DNA of 64,000 nt from Promethearchaeota archaeon (GTDB lineage Archaea; Asgardarchaeota; Lokiarchaeia; Sigyniarchaeales; SOKP01), in contig JBHLNF010000014.1 of NCBI GenBank assembly GCA_048937405.1, positions 18,424-82,423 of the forward strand, read 5' to 3'. Numbering within the stretch: position 1 is the stretch's first letter; every line of letters begins with the position of its first letter. Below the pieces are notes generated by a model. That model did no database searches, had not been told where the DNA came from, and saw nothing but the letters and a program-made list of their open reading frames with translations. The translations under genes were made by a program, and so were the position numbers. Positions 1 through 11,500 of the stretch are shown here, in pieces.

Positions 1-136
1 TTTTAACTAAATATAAAAGTATGTATTTCTTGTGATTATAAAATAAGTATAAATATCAAATTCAGCGTAACATCTAAAATAAAAGGATTAATTATGAATT
101 TAGGATTATTAATAAAATAAAAAAGAAATTTCATAA

Positions 137-392
137 GTTAGAGAGGTGGTGAATAGGGCAAATCAAATAAGCTAATATATTCAAAATGGGGTTTTAAGCA
201 GCCAATTACTCGCGTAAGATGAAGATTTCTGAAAGCATTTTATCAGAATCAGTAACTGACGCAATAGAATTAGAATATATTTGATATCCTGAGAATAAAA
301 TAGAAAAGAGAGCTCGTATTGTCATCTTATTATAACAATCGAGCTCTCCTCTACTGCTGCCTATACCTCCCATGTCTTTCTCGCCCTCTAAC
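137..392 (+). ncRNA. Candidate structured RNA or non-autonomous element of unknown family
   Basis: Nested pairings read by eye: 137-143/386-392 (GTTAGAG/CTCTAAC), 145-160/373-385, 187-191/368-372, 198-202/356-360. Internal hairpins at 224-250 and 308-348 (GAGAGCTCG/CGAGCTCTC). G-U pairs favour the + strand. Confidence 0.3.
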
Positions 393-568
393 CTTGAAAT
401 TATACTTTCAAAATTGAAAGTATTATTAATTATTACAGTAAGATCCAATAAATAGTTAATTTTAGTGAAGTCTATGCGGAGTCCTGGAGCAAGTATGGAT
501 CATAAAGTATAAATAGAGTTTAATTCAATATTCACTTAAGAATTATTTTTATAATAATTATTTTAAGT

Positions 569-2500
569 ATGGAATTCCAAGATCAAAAAATACAATATCC
601 TTCTGAGGAAATAATAAAACCTGTGTTTGGTAAACCCAACTATGAATTTATAATACTTTGGATTTTAAATAATAATGAATTATGTACTTGGGGAAATCTA
701 AAAAAAAAAATCAAGCATTCAACATTATCGATCTACTTAAAAAGACTTAGAGAAAGGGGATACATTAAAAAAAGCGAGTTTAATAAGTATAGAATTACCT
801 CAAAAGGTAAGGATAGGTATTATGAATTATCTGAAGCAAGGGGAAAAAAAAAAAAATTAAATTACCCTCCTAAGTCTATCCTAAGAAGAAGAGAATATGA
901 TCATTGGATTCTTTGGATGGTGTATAATAATAATTCTTGCAAATGGTCTCACTTTCTTGACCCCCCTCTTTCTATTAATCAATCCTCCTTATCTAAAAAC
1001 CTTAATTCATTGATAGATAAAGGATTTATAAAAAAAGAAGAAAAAGAATATAGAATTACACGATTAGGCAAATCTGAATATTCCAATATACTTAAACTAT
1101 ATGATTTAGACCGACAATCTCTCTTAGAGGACGAGAAGAAACGAATTAAGGAAATTACTAAAAGAACGATCAATTTCTTCGATAAATACAAGATAAAAAA
1201 TAGAGAAATACACTTTCGATTTTTAAATAATAAGTTGAAGTTACCATATGAAAAGATTAAATCTACCTTGGAGAGTGAGGAAGAATATGATAAGGTTTTG
1301 CTTTATTTATCTATAAATCATCCTGATCAATTCCCTAATTATATTTCTCCAGAGGAATTTTCTGAAAAATTTAGTATTAATCTTGTTAAATTGAAATTCG
1401 TAATTCTTAGAATTGTAGAAGAAAATATCTTTCCAATAAAATTCTTTAAATTAGAATTGGAGAATGATGAATATTATTATCTACAAGTAAATGAAAAATT
1501 AGAAAGAATGCTTAATGCTATAGTAGAAGATCATATAACTAAATTTTCTTATTTAAACAGTCTATATGGAGAAATTCCGGGTAAAACATCACCATTAACC
1601 ATGGAGAGTACGGTTTCCTCGATTTTAGAGGAAATTTGCATTACTCTTTTTGATAGTGGTTTAAAAAAGTCATTAAGAAAGTTTCTCCCTGTCTATATCA
1701 AATATTTAGCTTATAAAATTGAAAAAGAAAGAAAATTATTAGATACAACTGACAAATTAGAAGGATTGATTTGGCAAGAAATTCAAATGAAATTAATGAA
1801 CTATATTGAGGTTAAGTATCCAGTGGAATCGAAGGAAGTTATTAGAACCATTCAAGAAATAGATAAAGCAATTGAATTGAATCCAAAGAAATCTGATCTT
1901 TACTATTCAAAAAGTAAATTTTTAATAAATTTAGGAAAGTATAAAGAAAGCATTGAAATTTTAGATAAAATGCTTTTAAATTTTCCTCAGGAGGAGAAGA
2001 ACATCCAAATAAAAAGAGCTTATATTTTAAAAGAAATGAAAAACATTGAAGCTGGACTAAATATTATCGAAGATTTAATTCAAAATTATCCAGAAGACAA
2101 CAATCTTCTTAATTATAAAGCTTTCTGGTTGCAATATCTCAACCGTGAAGAAGAAGCGTTAGAGATTATTAGCAAACTAATAAAACTTGAGCCGACTAAT
2201 GCTACATATCATGATACATACGGTGAAATTCTTATGTTCTTCGGTAAGCATGAACAAGCTATAGAGGAATTCTTAAAAACTCTTGAAATTAGCAGTGATC
2301 ATTGGTATGTCTACCAGACTTATATTAAATTGGGGCTTTGTTATAAAGAAATAGAAGATTCCAAATTAGCTAATAAATATCTCCAGAAAGGAATAGAAGC
2401 TTTAGAATCTTCAACAGAGGATCAAGATACAAAGAGTAAATGGAATACAATTGCTAATCTCTTTCTCGAAGAAATCAAATTATTGGAAGAAGAATTCTAA
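569..2500 (+). CDS. Tandem winged-helix (MarR-like) plus C-terminal TPR protein, putative regulator
   Basis: Two repeated wHTH units (ILWIL...STLSIYLKRLRERGYI...YRITSKG; ILWMV...SSLSKNLNSLIDKGFI...YRITRLG) and TPR helices (AIELNP, YHDTYGEILMFFG). Confidence 0.75.
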   Translation: MEFQDQKIQYPSEEIIKPVFGKPNYEFIILWILNNNELCTWGNLKKKIKHSTLSIYLKRLRERGYIKKSEFNKYRITSKGKDRYYELSEARGKKKKLNYPPKSILRRREYDHWILWMVYNNNSCKWSHFLDPPLSINQSSLSKNLNSLIDKGFIKKEEKEYRITRLGKSEYSNILKLYDLDRQSLLEDEKKRIKEITKRTINFFDKYKIKNREIHFRFLNNKLKLPYEKIKSTLESEEEYDKVLLYLSINHPDQFPNYISPEEFSEKFSINLVKLKFVILRIVEENIFPIKFFKLELENDEYYYLQVNEKLERMLNAIVEDHITKFSYLNSLYGEIPGKTSPLTMESTVSSILEEICITLFDSGLKKSLRKFLPVYIKYLAYKIEKERKLLDTTDKLEGLIWQEIQMKLMNYIEVKYPVESKEVIRTIQEIDKAIELNPKKSDLYYSKSKFLINLGKYKESIEILDKMLLNFPQEEKNIQIKRAYILKEMKNIEAGLNIIEDLIQNYPEDNNLLNYKAFWLQYLNREEEALEIISKLIKLEPTNATYHDTYGEILMFFGKHEQAIEEFLKTLEISSDHWYVYQTYIKLGLCYKEIEDSKLANKYLQKGIEALESSTEDQDTKSKWNTIANLFLEEIKLLEEEF

Positions 2501-2727
2501 ATAACCTAAAAAAATTTAATAGATAATATCTATTTCTCTAACATTTTAAGTTAGTATGGATTTTATAGGTGTTGAAAAATATTATTCCTTCTTTATTATA
2601 TGCTATATCTCATTTACTCTCCAATAATCCAAGTTATATTAAAAAAATTGATTTTTTTTAATAAAAAATGCTTTTATTTAATTAAAAGCATATCTATAAT
2701 AAGGAACTTTCATTATTGCACTTTATA

Positions 2728-4206
2728 ATGAAATCTGTCTTAATTGCAAATCGTGGAGAGATTGCAGTAAGAGTTATTCGGACCTGCCGATCAAAAGATA
2801 TTCAATCAATAGCAGTATTTTCCGAGTCAGATAAAGATTCTCTTCATGTAAAAATGGCTGATGAGGCTTATTCATTAGGGAATGAATCGATTCAGAGCAC
2901 ATATTTGAATATTCCTAAATTAATTGAAATAATTGAAAGGTCAAAAGTAGATGCTGTCCATCCTGGTTATGGTTTTTTAAGTGAAAATGCCGATTTTGCT
3001 CGAGAAGTCATTAATCTTGGTAGAGATTTTATTGGACCAAATCCAGATACCATTGAATTCTTAGGAAATAAAATAAAAGCAAAAAAACGTGCTAAAAAAA
3101 TTGGTTTACCCGTTTTGGAAGGTTCTGAAGAATTTGTTGACAATTTAGACGAAGCCAAATCAGTTGCAGATGAAATAGGATATCCTGTAATAATTAAGGC
3201 AGCCTATGGTGGTGGTGGTAGAGGTATGGAAATTGTTGAATCACATGAAGATATGGAGATTGCATTTGAAAGCTGCCAATCAATGGGATTAAATTTTTTT
3301 GGACGGAAAGAAGTATTTATTGAAAAAACTATTACAGAACCGCGCCACGTAGAGATTCAATTTATGGGAGATAATTTTGGAAATGTTGTTCATTTAGGAG
3401 ATCGGGAGTGCACAATCCAAAGATCATATCAAAAACTAATTGAGGAAGCACCCTCATTTTTAACGAGAGATGAGGTTATTGAATTAGGAGAAAAAACATG
3501 TTTATTAGCTTCTGACTTAAATTATTCAAATATAGGAACCGCAGAATTTCTCTGGAAAGATGGTAATATTTATTTTAATGAAGTTAATCCAAGGATCCAA
3601 GTAGAGCATGTAGTTACAGAAATGGTAACTGGAATAGATATTATTGAAGAACAGATAAATATTGCTTCAAATAAACCATTAAATTTCACTCAGGAAGATA
3701 TTTCAATATATGGTCATGCAATAGAATATAGGATTAATGCTGAAGATCCACATAATTCATTTTTCCCTCAACATGGAAAAATATCCAATTTGATAATTCC
3801 AGGAGGTCCAAAAGTGCGTTTTGATAGCTACTTATATCCAAATTATATTGTTCCTTATGATTTTGATCCATTAATAGGAAAATTAGTCGTTTGGGGACGT
3901 AATCGTAAAAGAGCTATTAGTAGTTCTAAGCATGCTCTAAAAGAATTGGTTATCTCAGGAATTAAAACAAACTTGGAAATGCATAAAGTAATAGTGGAAA
4001 CAAGTGAGTTTAAAAAAGGGGATTTATCAACGGATTTCCTAAATAAAATAAATATTGTTTATAACTTGAAAGACTTAGAGAGAAAGAAATTAGCCGCCGT
4101 TTTTCAATTATTCAACACGTTTGATTTTGCACCCCAACCTGAAAAGGATAATGATAAAAACTCACATAAATGGCGAGATATTGCTAAAATTGAGCAAATG
4201 GGTTAA
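2728..4206 (+). CDS. accC: Biotin carboxylase subunit of acetyl/propionyl-CoA carboxylase
   Basis: VLIANRGEIA, HPGYGFLSEN, GGGGRGM, RECTIQR, EVNPRIQVEH motifs; ATG at 2728 preferred over TTG at 2716. Confidence 0.95.
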   Translation: MKSVLIANRGEIAVRVIRTCRSKDIQSIAVFSESDKDSLHVKMADEAYSLGNESIQSTYLNIPKLIEIIERSKVDAVHPGYGFLSENADFAREVINLGRDFIGPNPDTIEFLGNKIKAKKRAKKIGLPVLEGSEEFVDNLDEAKSVADEIGYPVIIKAAYGGGGRGMEIVESHEDMEIAFESCQSMGLNFFGRKEVFIEKTITEPRHVEIQFMGDNFGNVVHLGDRECTIQRSYQKLIEEAPSFLTRDEVIELGEKTCLLASDLNYSNIGTAEFLWKDGNIYFNEVNPRIQVEHVVTEMVTGIDIIEEQINIASNKPLNFTQEDISIYGHAIEYRINAEDPHNSFFPQHGKISNLIIPGGPKVRFDSYLYPNYIVPYDFDPLIGKLVVWGRNRKRAISSSKHALKELVISGIKTNLEMHKVIVETSEFKKGDLSTDFLNKINIVYNLKDLERKKLAAVFQLFNTFDFAPQPEKDNDKNSHKWRDIAKIEQMG

Positions 4207-4246
4207 ACATATCCAATAAATTTATTAAATAATAAGTTGATGTTTC

Positions 4247-4762
4247 TTATAAAACAGAAGTACTTTCTGTTATTTTTACTGAAGGTATATTCTCAATTTT
4301 AACTAGCTGTTGATCTTGACCTACTATATCCTCAACTTCTACGAAGATTTGGGTTATCTTGCCGTTAATTGGAGATAATATCCGATTTTTCATTTTCATT
4401 GCCTCTAAGATCATAATTAATTGATCTTTTTCAACAATTTCCTGTTCTTTAATAAGAATTTGCAGAATCTTCCCGGGAATAGGTGCTTTTATAATCACAT
4501 CTTTAGTCTCCTGATTTTGATTGTTATTTTCTACTGGCTTTAAGTAGGGTTTAATTTCAATATCGATTTCTTCTCCTTCTAAATATAAAGTTCCATTTAT
4601 ATATTCCAAATTGAATTGACAATCTGCAAATGACACTCGAAACAAATTTTCAGTTTCCTGAACTACTACAGGTGTATAAATGTGATCATCAACTTTTATT
4701 TTCCCATCATCCAAGGGTTTAACAATGTAAGTTCTACCCCGGAATTTTACTTTTTTTTTCAT
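4247..4762 (-). CDS. accB: Biotin carboxyl carrier protein
   Basis: APIPGKI and EAMKM biotinylation motif. Confidence 0.92.
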   Translation of the reverse strand: MKKKVKFRGRTYIVKPLDDGKIKVDDHIYTPVVVQETENLFRVSFADCQFNLEYINGTLYLEGEEIDIEIKPYLKPVENNNQNQETKDVIIKAPIPGKILQILIKEQEIVEKDQLIMILEAMKMKNRILSPINGKITQIFVEVEDIVGQDQQLVKIENIPSVKITESTSVL

Positions 4763-4792
4763 ATAAAATCTCTCATTCTAAGTCATTTTTAA

Positions 4793-5578
4793 TTATAATA
4801 GATGAGTACTAAAAAATTCAAGAAGCTTTTCACGCATCAATTGAAAATGATTTTTATTTGTAAAATTATGATTAGCACCATCAATAATGTCAATACTCTT
4901 GATATTAGAATTAATTTTATTGAAAAGCTGATGAAATCCAAATTCTGGGAATAAAACATCCTTATTCCCCGCTATTAAGTAGAATGGTTTTACTAATTTA
5001 TCCGCTAATCTGTCTGGATTATATTGTCTTGTTTGTCCTGCATACATATTCTTAATATCTCCTTCTGGAAATCGCATTTCCTTATTACGTGTTAAAGCTT
5101 TTATAAAAAATTTAAATAATGGATTTTTAGGGACAATTTCAGTATCGAAAACAGGAGATCTTATAGCAAGACATTGGACTCTTCTATCTCTTACAGCATG
5201 ACAAAAAGCCATTGCACCCCCAAAACTCTCTCCCAATAATCCAATTTTGAGAGGATTAATTTTAGGATGGTAAATTAAGAGGTCTATTACTCGTTCAATA
5301 TTAGCGTGAGCATCATGATATGTAAAAATACCCGTACTATTTCTAACACCTTGATGATCATAAGAAAAAAAAGCAATATTTCTATCAATGAAATGATGTG
5401 CAAATCTTATTTCGTTTTCTTCTGGAGACTTTCCTGGCATACCACTGATATTTATTATTATTGGATAAGATTGATTTTCATCCGATTTAGGATTACTACC
5501 ATCAGGTAAATAAAGAATACCATGTAGAATTTCGGAACGGATTTCTATTTCTTTTATTTCTTTTATCATTCTTATCAC
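4793..5578 (-). CDS. Alpha/beta-hydrolase, candidate trans-acting thioesterase or release enzyme
   Basis: GESFGG nucleophile elbow, AGNKD Asp, GANH His; GTG start overlaps the PKS TGA stop (GTGA at 5575-5578). Confidence 0.8.
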   Translation of the reverse strand: MIRMIKEIKEIEIRSEILHGILYLPDGSNPKSDENQSYPIIINISGMPGKSPEENEIRFAHHFIDRNIAFFSYDHQGVRNSTGIFTYHDAHANIERVIDLLIYHPKINPLKIGLLGESFGGAMAFCHAVRDRRVQCLAIRSPVFDTEIVPKNPLFKFFIKALTRNKEMRFPEGDIKNMYAGQTRQYNPDRLADKLVKPFYLIAGNKDVLFPEFGFHQLFNKINSNIKSIDIIDGANHNFTNKNHFQLMREKLLEFFSTHLL

Positions 5579-8500
5579 GTGATTATATTATTTTCTTTAA
5601 AATTTTTAATCTCACAATAAGATAATACATATTTCTCATTGAATTCAACACTTAATTGTAGATCTTCAAGTATTTCATTGAATTTGGATAAGCTTTTTGT
5701 GAGTTTCACTTTAAAATTCTGATGAATTTTATTATATTTTAATTCAATGTCTCTGAAATTTATATGAGTACCTTCACCAATTGCTTTTGAGAATGCTTCT
5801 TTTGCAGTCCAATATATCGTTCCTAATTGATCATCTTCTGAAATATCTTCTCTTTCCGATTCAGTAAATGCTTCCATATAGAAAGATTGAGATCGAGATT
5901 CAATTTTCTCTAAATCAATTCCAACTAAATTTTTACTAATAATTGCAATAGAAAATTCATTTGAATGAGTAATGGAAAGAAAAAGTGGAATTATTTGGTT
6001 ATTCTTTAATGAATAGTAATATGGTCTCCCTTTTTCATCTTTCTGTATTTCAATGTCCAGATAGGAAATATCAATTGGTGAATTTTTAAAATAAGATTCT
6101 TTTGCTGCTATGATTCCAGAAAAATATTCAATCTTTCTTTTTTGATTCCTAAATCGCACAGAATTGTCAAACTCTCTTTCAGTAAGGTATTTGTCTAAAA
6201 ATTGAGGATAATTTTGAAATGATTTTTTTATCATTTCGATAGGAATTATTTTTACCTCATGTTTTTGAGTTTTTTCTTTAAGTTTACAATATTCTAACAG
6301 TGTAGATAAATAATTGGAAAGATTGTTGGAGAGATTAACTGAAATCTGTGTATGAATAATTTCTAAATTTTCTATTATTAAAATAACTTCTTGGTTTTCA
6401 CTCAAAATTACTGAATTAAAATAGGAACGTTCTTCATCAATTTTCAGAAATTCTGTTACAATATATTTTGGTTTTTGGTTTGATATTATTTTCATGGAAG
6501 AAATTTTAGAAGGAAGGGAGAGATGATTATTAATGATAAAATCAAACAGTGCAGCTGTTTGGAATACACTCTCAATTGCTAATGGATTAAGCTGAAACAT
6601 ATCTCCCTCAATGTTATTAGTAAGAGGTTCTTTTGGTAGATCAATCTTTGAGATAATTTGCTCTTTTTCTAATTGAATTATTTCTTTTAGTACTTGGAAT
6701 TTCTTACCGTGAAAAAATAGTTCATAAATCTGAGTTTTATCAAGCAGAGGTATTATTGGTTCTAAAATCAGTTCTTTTTTCCAATTCATCTCAATTAATG
6801 ATTTATCGAATAGAGCACTGAAATGTTCTTTTATAAGAGGTTTTCCTTTCAAAATAGGAGGAAAAGTCTTCGATAAAAATTTTATTTCGTTATCAGATTT
6901 ATTAAAGATTACTTCTACACTAATTGATTTATCTATTGGAATCTTCAAGGGCGTATGAAAACTAATATTTGAAATTGAATTCATAGGTTTATCAAAGATT
7001 CGATTATAGAATTCTGCAAATGTTTCTAAAACCATTACACCTGGAAAAACGGGTTTTTGCTGAATTTGATGGTCAAGAAGATAAGTATCGAATTTAGAAT
7101 TTATGGTATTCAAACCAATAATGTGGTCAGCCTGATAATTTATTTTTTCTATCATAGGATATTCTAATTTATTGACTACTTCCCCGACATCAAGCATTTC
7201 CTCAAAGAATCCTAAGTTTCCAGCAATGATATATTCACCTGTAAAATTGTTTAATACTAATTTAGAAAAAATCTTAGTACCCGTTTTAGAGGGAATAGGA
7301 GTAACCCCCGCTTGAGTAAGGACTTGAAGTGTAGAACCTCTAGTAGCCATTCCAATTTCGCCCCATGCTGTCCAATCAAAAGTTAAAAATTGAATGTTTT
7401 GTTGGTTGAATTTCCAAGCCAATCTTGACAGATAAGCATTCGCAAATGCATAATCTATCTGACCTTGATTACCATAACGTCCAGCAACTGAAGCAAAAGC
7501 AATAAAATATTTTACATCTTGTAGTTTTATATACTTAATTATGTTTGAAAATCCTCCGACTTTAACACTAACAATTTTGTGAGCCATATTTAAATTTTTC
7601 TTCAAGAAGCTTTTTGATTCTTCAATACCAGCACCATGAACTATAATTGTTATTGGTTTTTTTGTTTGTTTTTTAATTTTTTGAAAGATAATCTTCATTT
7701 CTTCTTCATTTGTTATATCAACCGCATAATATTGAACTGAAAGCCCTTTATTTTTTAAATTTTCGACATTTCGAAGTGTATCCAACTTATCGAGAAATTT
7801 CTTCCATTCTTTATTGATTATGACAGGAGTTACTTTATCTTGTTTAGATTTCAATGATTTAACGAATTCTTGTTTTTTCTCATCTAACATATCCGATGAA
7901 TAGTTAAGATATTCATAAAATGAATCATCAAAAGGAGCTAAACCTAAAAGTATTAATTCTGGCTTAATATGATTTGTTAATTCATCAATACACGCAAATG
8001 TGATTCCTTGCGCTCCTCCTGTAACCAATAATACATCATCTTTGGTTATTGTTACTTGGTTTAGTTCGGGAAGATCTTCTATCTTCTTTCTCAGCAAAGT
8101 ATAACGAGCATTATCTTTATATGCAATTTCCTCAAGTTTATCCCATCCCAAGAATTCTTGTGTAATTTGTTTAATATTCATTGAAGCTATAATCTTAATA
8201 GGAATCTGAAACTCTCGATTAATAGTTTTTATAAACGCACCGATACTAGATGAGAGAGGATTAGCACCTTGTTCCCAACCAAACATATTCTCAGGAGAAA
8301 GGACCAAAATTTTCTCAATAATTGATATATTTAAAGATTTAAAAATAAGAAATAGAATGTCAAAGATGTCTAAACTATCATCAATAGAATACTGGCCATT
8401 ATCTGGGGATATTAATATAATTATCTTGAAATCCTTATTAGATATGACATCAGGAACTTTATTTCTAAACTCCTCAACGCTTTTTTTATCTCCATTAGCA

Positions 8501-11500
8501 TTGTAAATATGGATGTCCATCCCAAAATTTTTGAAATCTTCAATTAGATTTTTATGATTGGATAGTCCTGAATTAATATTAATTACTAATGTTTTAATAT
8601 TATCAAATTTCGGCGTTTTCTCCGAAGAAACTAATTTAAAAACTCGAGTTGGGACTACTTGTGAAATACCAATTGAATCAACTTCTTCTGACTTCTCTTT
8701 AGATTTAGAGATACCACTTGAGGTTGTTAAGGATATTTCAGGCACTTTTAATTCTTCACCTATAAATCTCATTATAAATTCAATAATTGCATTAGGTGTG
8801 CGTATATCAGCCAAATTAACCTCAATGTTATCCTCTAGATTGTAATGATTCCTTAATTCTCCAAATATTTCCGCTTGTTTTACAGTATCAATCCCAAGAT
8901 CTTCTTCTAAATCATATTCATCATCAATATCTTGAATATCATAACCTGTTTTGTCCGCAATAATCCTCTTTACTAAATTTTTGACCTGATTTATCTCATC
9001 ATTTATATTTTGTTGTGATTGTATCATATCTGGTATTACACTTACATCTGGTTCTATGTTTTGATCAATTACATACTCTTGTATTTTTTGAATTATATTA
9101 TTGATAGTTCCTAATCCTACTAAATTTATTTCTGTGTCCTGCGAGATATTCAATTGATTTCGTAATTCTCCAAAAATTTCAGCTTGCTTAACTGTATCAA
9201 TACCTAAATCTTCTTCTAGATCAAAATCAACATCAATATCTTCAATATCATATCCAGTTTTTTCAGAAATGATTTGAATTAATTTAGTTTCAAGAGTTTT
9301 ACTCTCAATACGGGTAATTTCTTTGCTGGATGATATATCTAATCCCAAATATTCGTTTAGCATCAAAACAATAGAATTGATGGTACGATAATCTGCTATA
9401 TTAAATGTATCATCAACTTCAATTCCCCATTTTTCTCTAATTTCCCCAAATATTTCTGCTTGTTTTACAGTATCAATTCCTAGATCTTCTTCTAAATCAT
9501 AAGTTTCTTCAATGTCTGACGGATCATAACCTGTTTTTTGTGCGATAATATGCTTAATTTCATCTAAGATATTACTTGAGTAAATCGAGGTTGCCTTTTG
9601 GGAAAATTCTGTTGCTTTTGGTGATATTAAAGTTGTTTTTCTAGTAGAGATAGGTTCTACATTCATTTTTAATATTCGACCATCCATGAATGTCAGTTTC
9701 CTACTTCCCCCTACACTTTGAAGCCATTTATCATAATTTGGATTTATAAACCGATTTTCAAATGAGAATAAGCGAAATAATACAAATGCTAATTGAGAAC
9801 CAAATCCAGCAGCAAAACGTAATGCATATTTCTTTCTTTCTCTTAACCCTTTTGAAAAATTAAATTTTATAAAATCGGGATCAATTTTTTCAATATTTGC
9901 AATTGGAGGAATTTTTCCTTTTTCCATTGATTTAATAGCCACTGCTTCCTCGATACCAGCTCCCATTGCATGACCAGTATATCCTTTAGTGTTAATTATA
10001 AGCATATCATAAGCATTTTCACCAAATGCTTTTTCCAATGCTAATAATTCCGATTCAGCACTTCCACCTCGAGCAGGGGAATAAGTCTCATGACTTACAA
10101 ACATACCTTCTTTTGCTAAAACACTTCTGTTAATGCCGTGAATCTTTTCCATTTTTATTATAAAATTGTTGAATTTTTGAGAAATATCATCTTTATCTAA
10201 TCGACTACCATGATATGCACTATTACTAAAGAAAGATCCAAGAATTTCTACAATTGGTTTAACTCCCCGATTTTCAGCTTCAGATTGTTGTTCAAGAACA
10301 AATGCACTAGCCCCAGCACCTAAAATAATCCCATTTCTTCCTTTCCCGAATGGGAGTACTGCATCTTCCCAGTTAGATTGCGTTGTACCGGCACCATTTG
10401 CTATAAAACCTGCTCCAATCCATTGAAATAGATTTTTACTTGTTACATCATCAGCTGTAATTACAATAACTCGTTTACATCTATTATTTCGTATCCAATC
10501 TTCTGCTATACTAATCGCTTGGGGTGCAGTAGCGCAAGCAGCATTAGTAGCCGTATTGGGACCTTTTGCTTTAATTAATTGAGCAAATTGGGAATGACCC
10601 ATTGATAATACTCTAAATAAAAATGAACGATTAAATGTGTTATCCCCATCTTCAGGATTATTTAATTGATTCTGATCTTTATTAGAATGTAATAAGCATT
10701 CCTCAGCAAAATTATCATATCCTGGAAAAGCCGAAGCAAAAATAACTCCAGTATCATCCTGTAAAGACTCTGGTAAAGTCCAATCACCAAATAATGTCTT
10801 TCCTGTAGTTGTTTTAATAGTACTACGGATTAATGGAATTCCAGCATCTTTAAGTGCTTCATAGCCAGCACATATTGCTAATTGAAATGTAATATCCAAT
10901 GCATTAAGCATCTTAGGATCGAGTTGATAATCTTCTGTAGGATTAAATTTTCCTAATTCTCCTGCTAAATGGATTACTTTAGAAATATCATCTATAGGTA
11001 CAAATTTTGCATTACCATCAGCTGATTTTTCTAAACGGATTATATTCTTTTTTAATAAATCTAATTTATATTCTTCGCTTACCATTTCTATGAAATTTTT
11101 TCCATCTAAAATATCATCGATGTTCTTATCATCAAAAACATTACGATTTTTACCAGGAAGTCCAATACCTACTCCAGTGATTACTACTGGAGAAGACTTT
11201 TGCATTAATTCATATTTGCCAAACTGGTTTTCAAGAGAAGATTGATATTTTTTTAAATAATTATGAAATCCCTGAATTATTACTGAAGATAATAGTTCCT
11301 TTTGTTCCTCTAAAAACTCATTAAAAAATGGAAGTTGCTTTATCTGAAGTAATTCTTCATTCGAAATTAAATTATCATCCATTGTTGATGAAGTTGTGAC
11401 CTTTTTCACAATATCTTGTTTCTGATTTCTTACTGATGGAGATGAAATTTTAATTTCCTTAGCACTCTTCATTGTTCTTGGCGACTTATACTTCTTAAAA

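Noticed and set aside
340-392. Minus-strand GGGAGG...GGCAGCAG and GAGGAGAGCTC resembling 16S rRNA or RNase P motifs
   Set aside because: No other rRNA or RNase P conserved regions in the expected positions
206-448. 80-aa minus-strand ORF
   Set aside because: TTG start, no motif, and it overlaps the structured region; probably spurious
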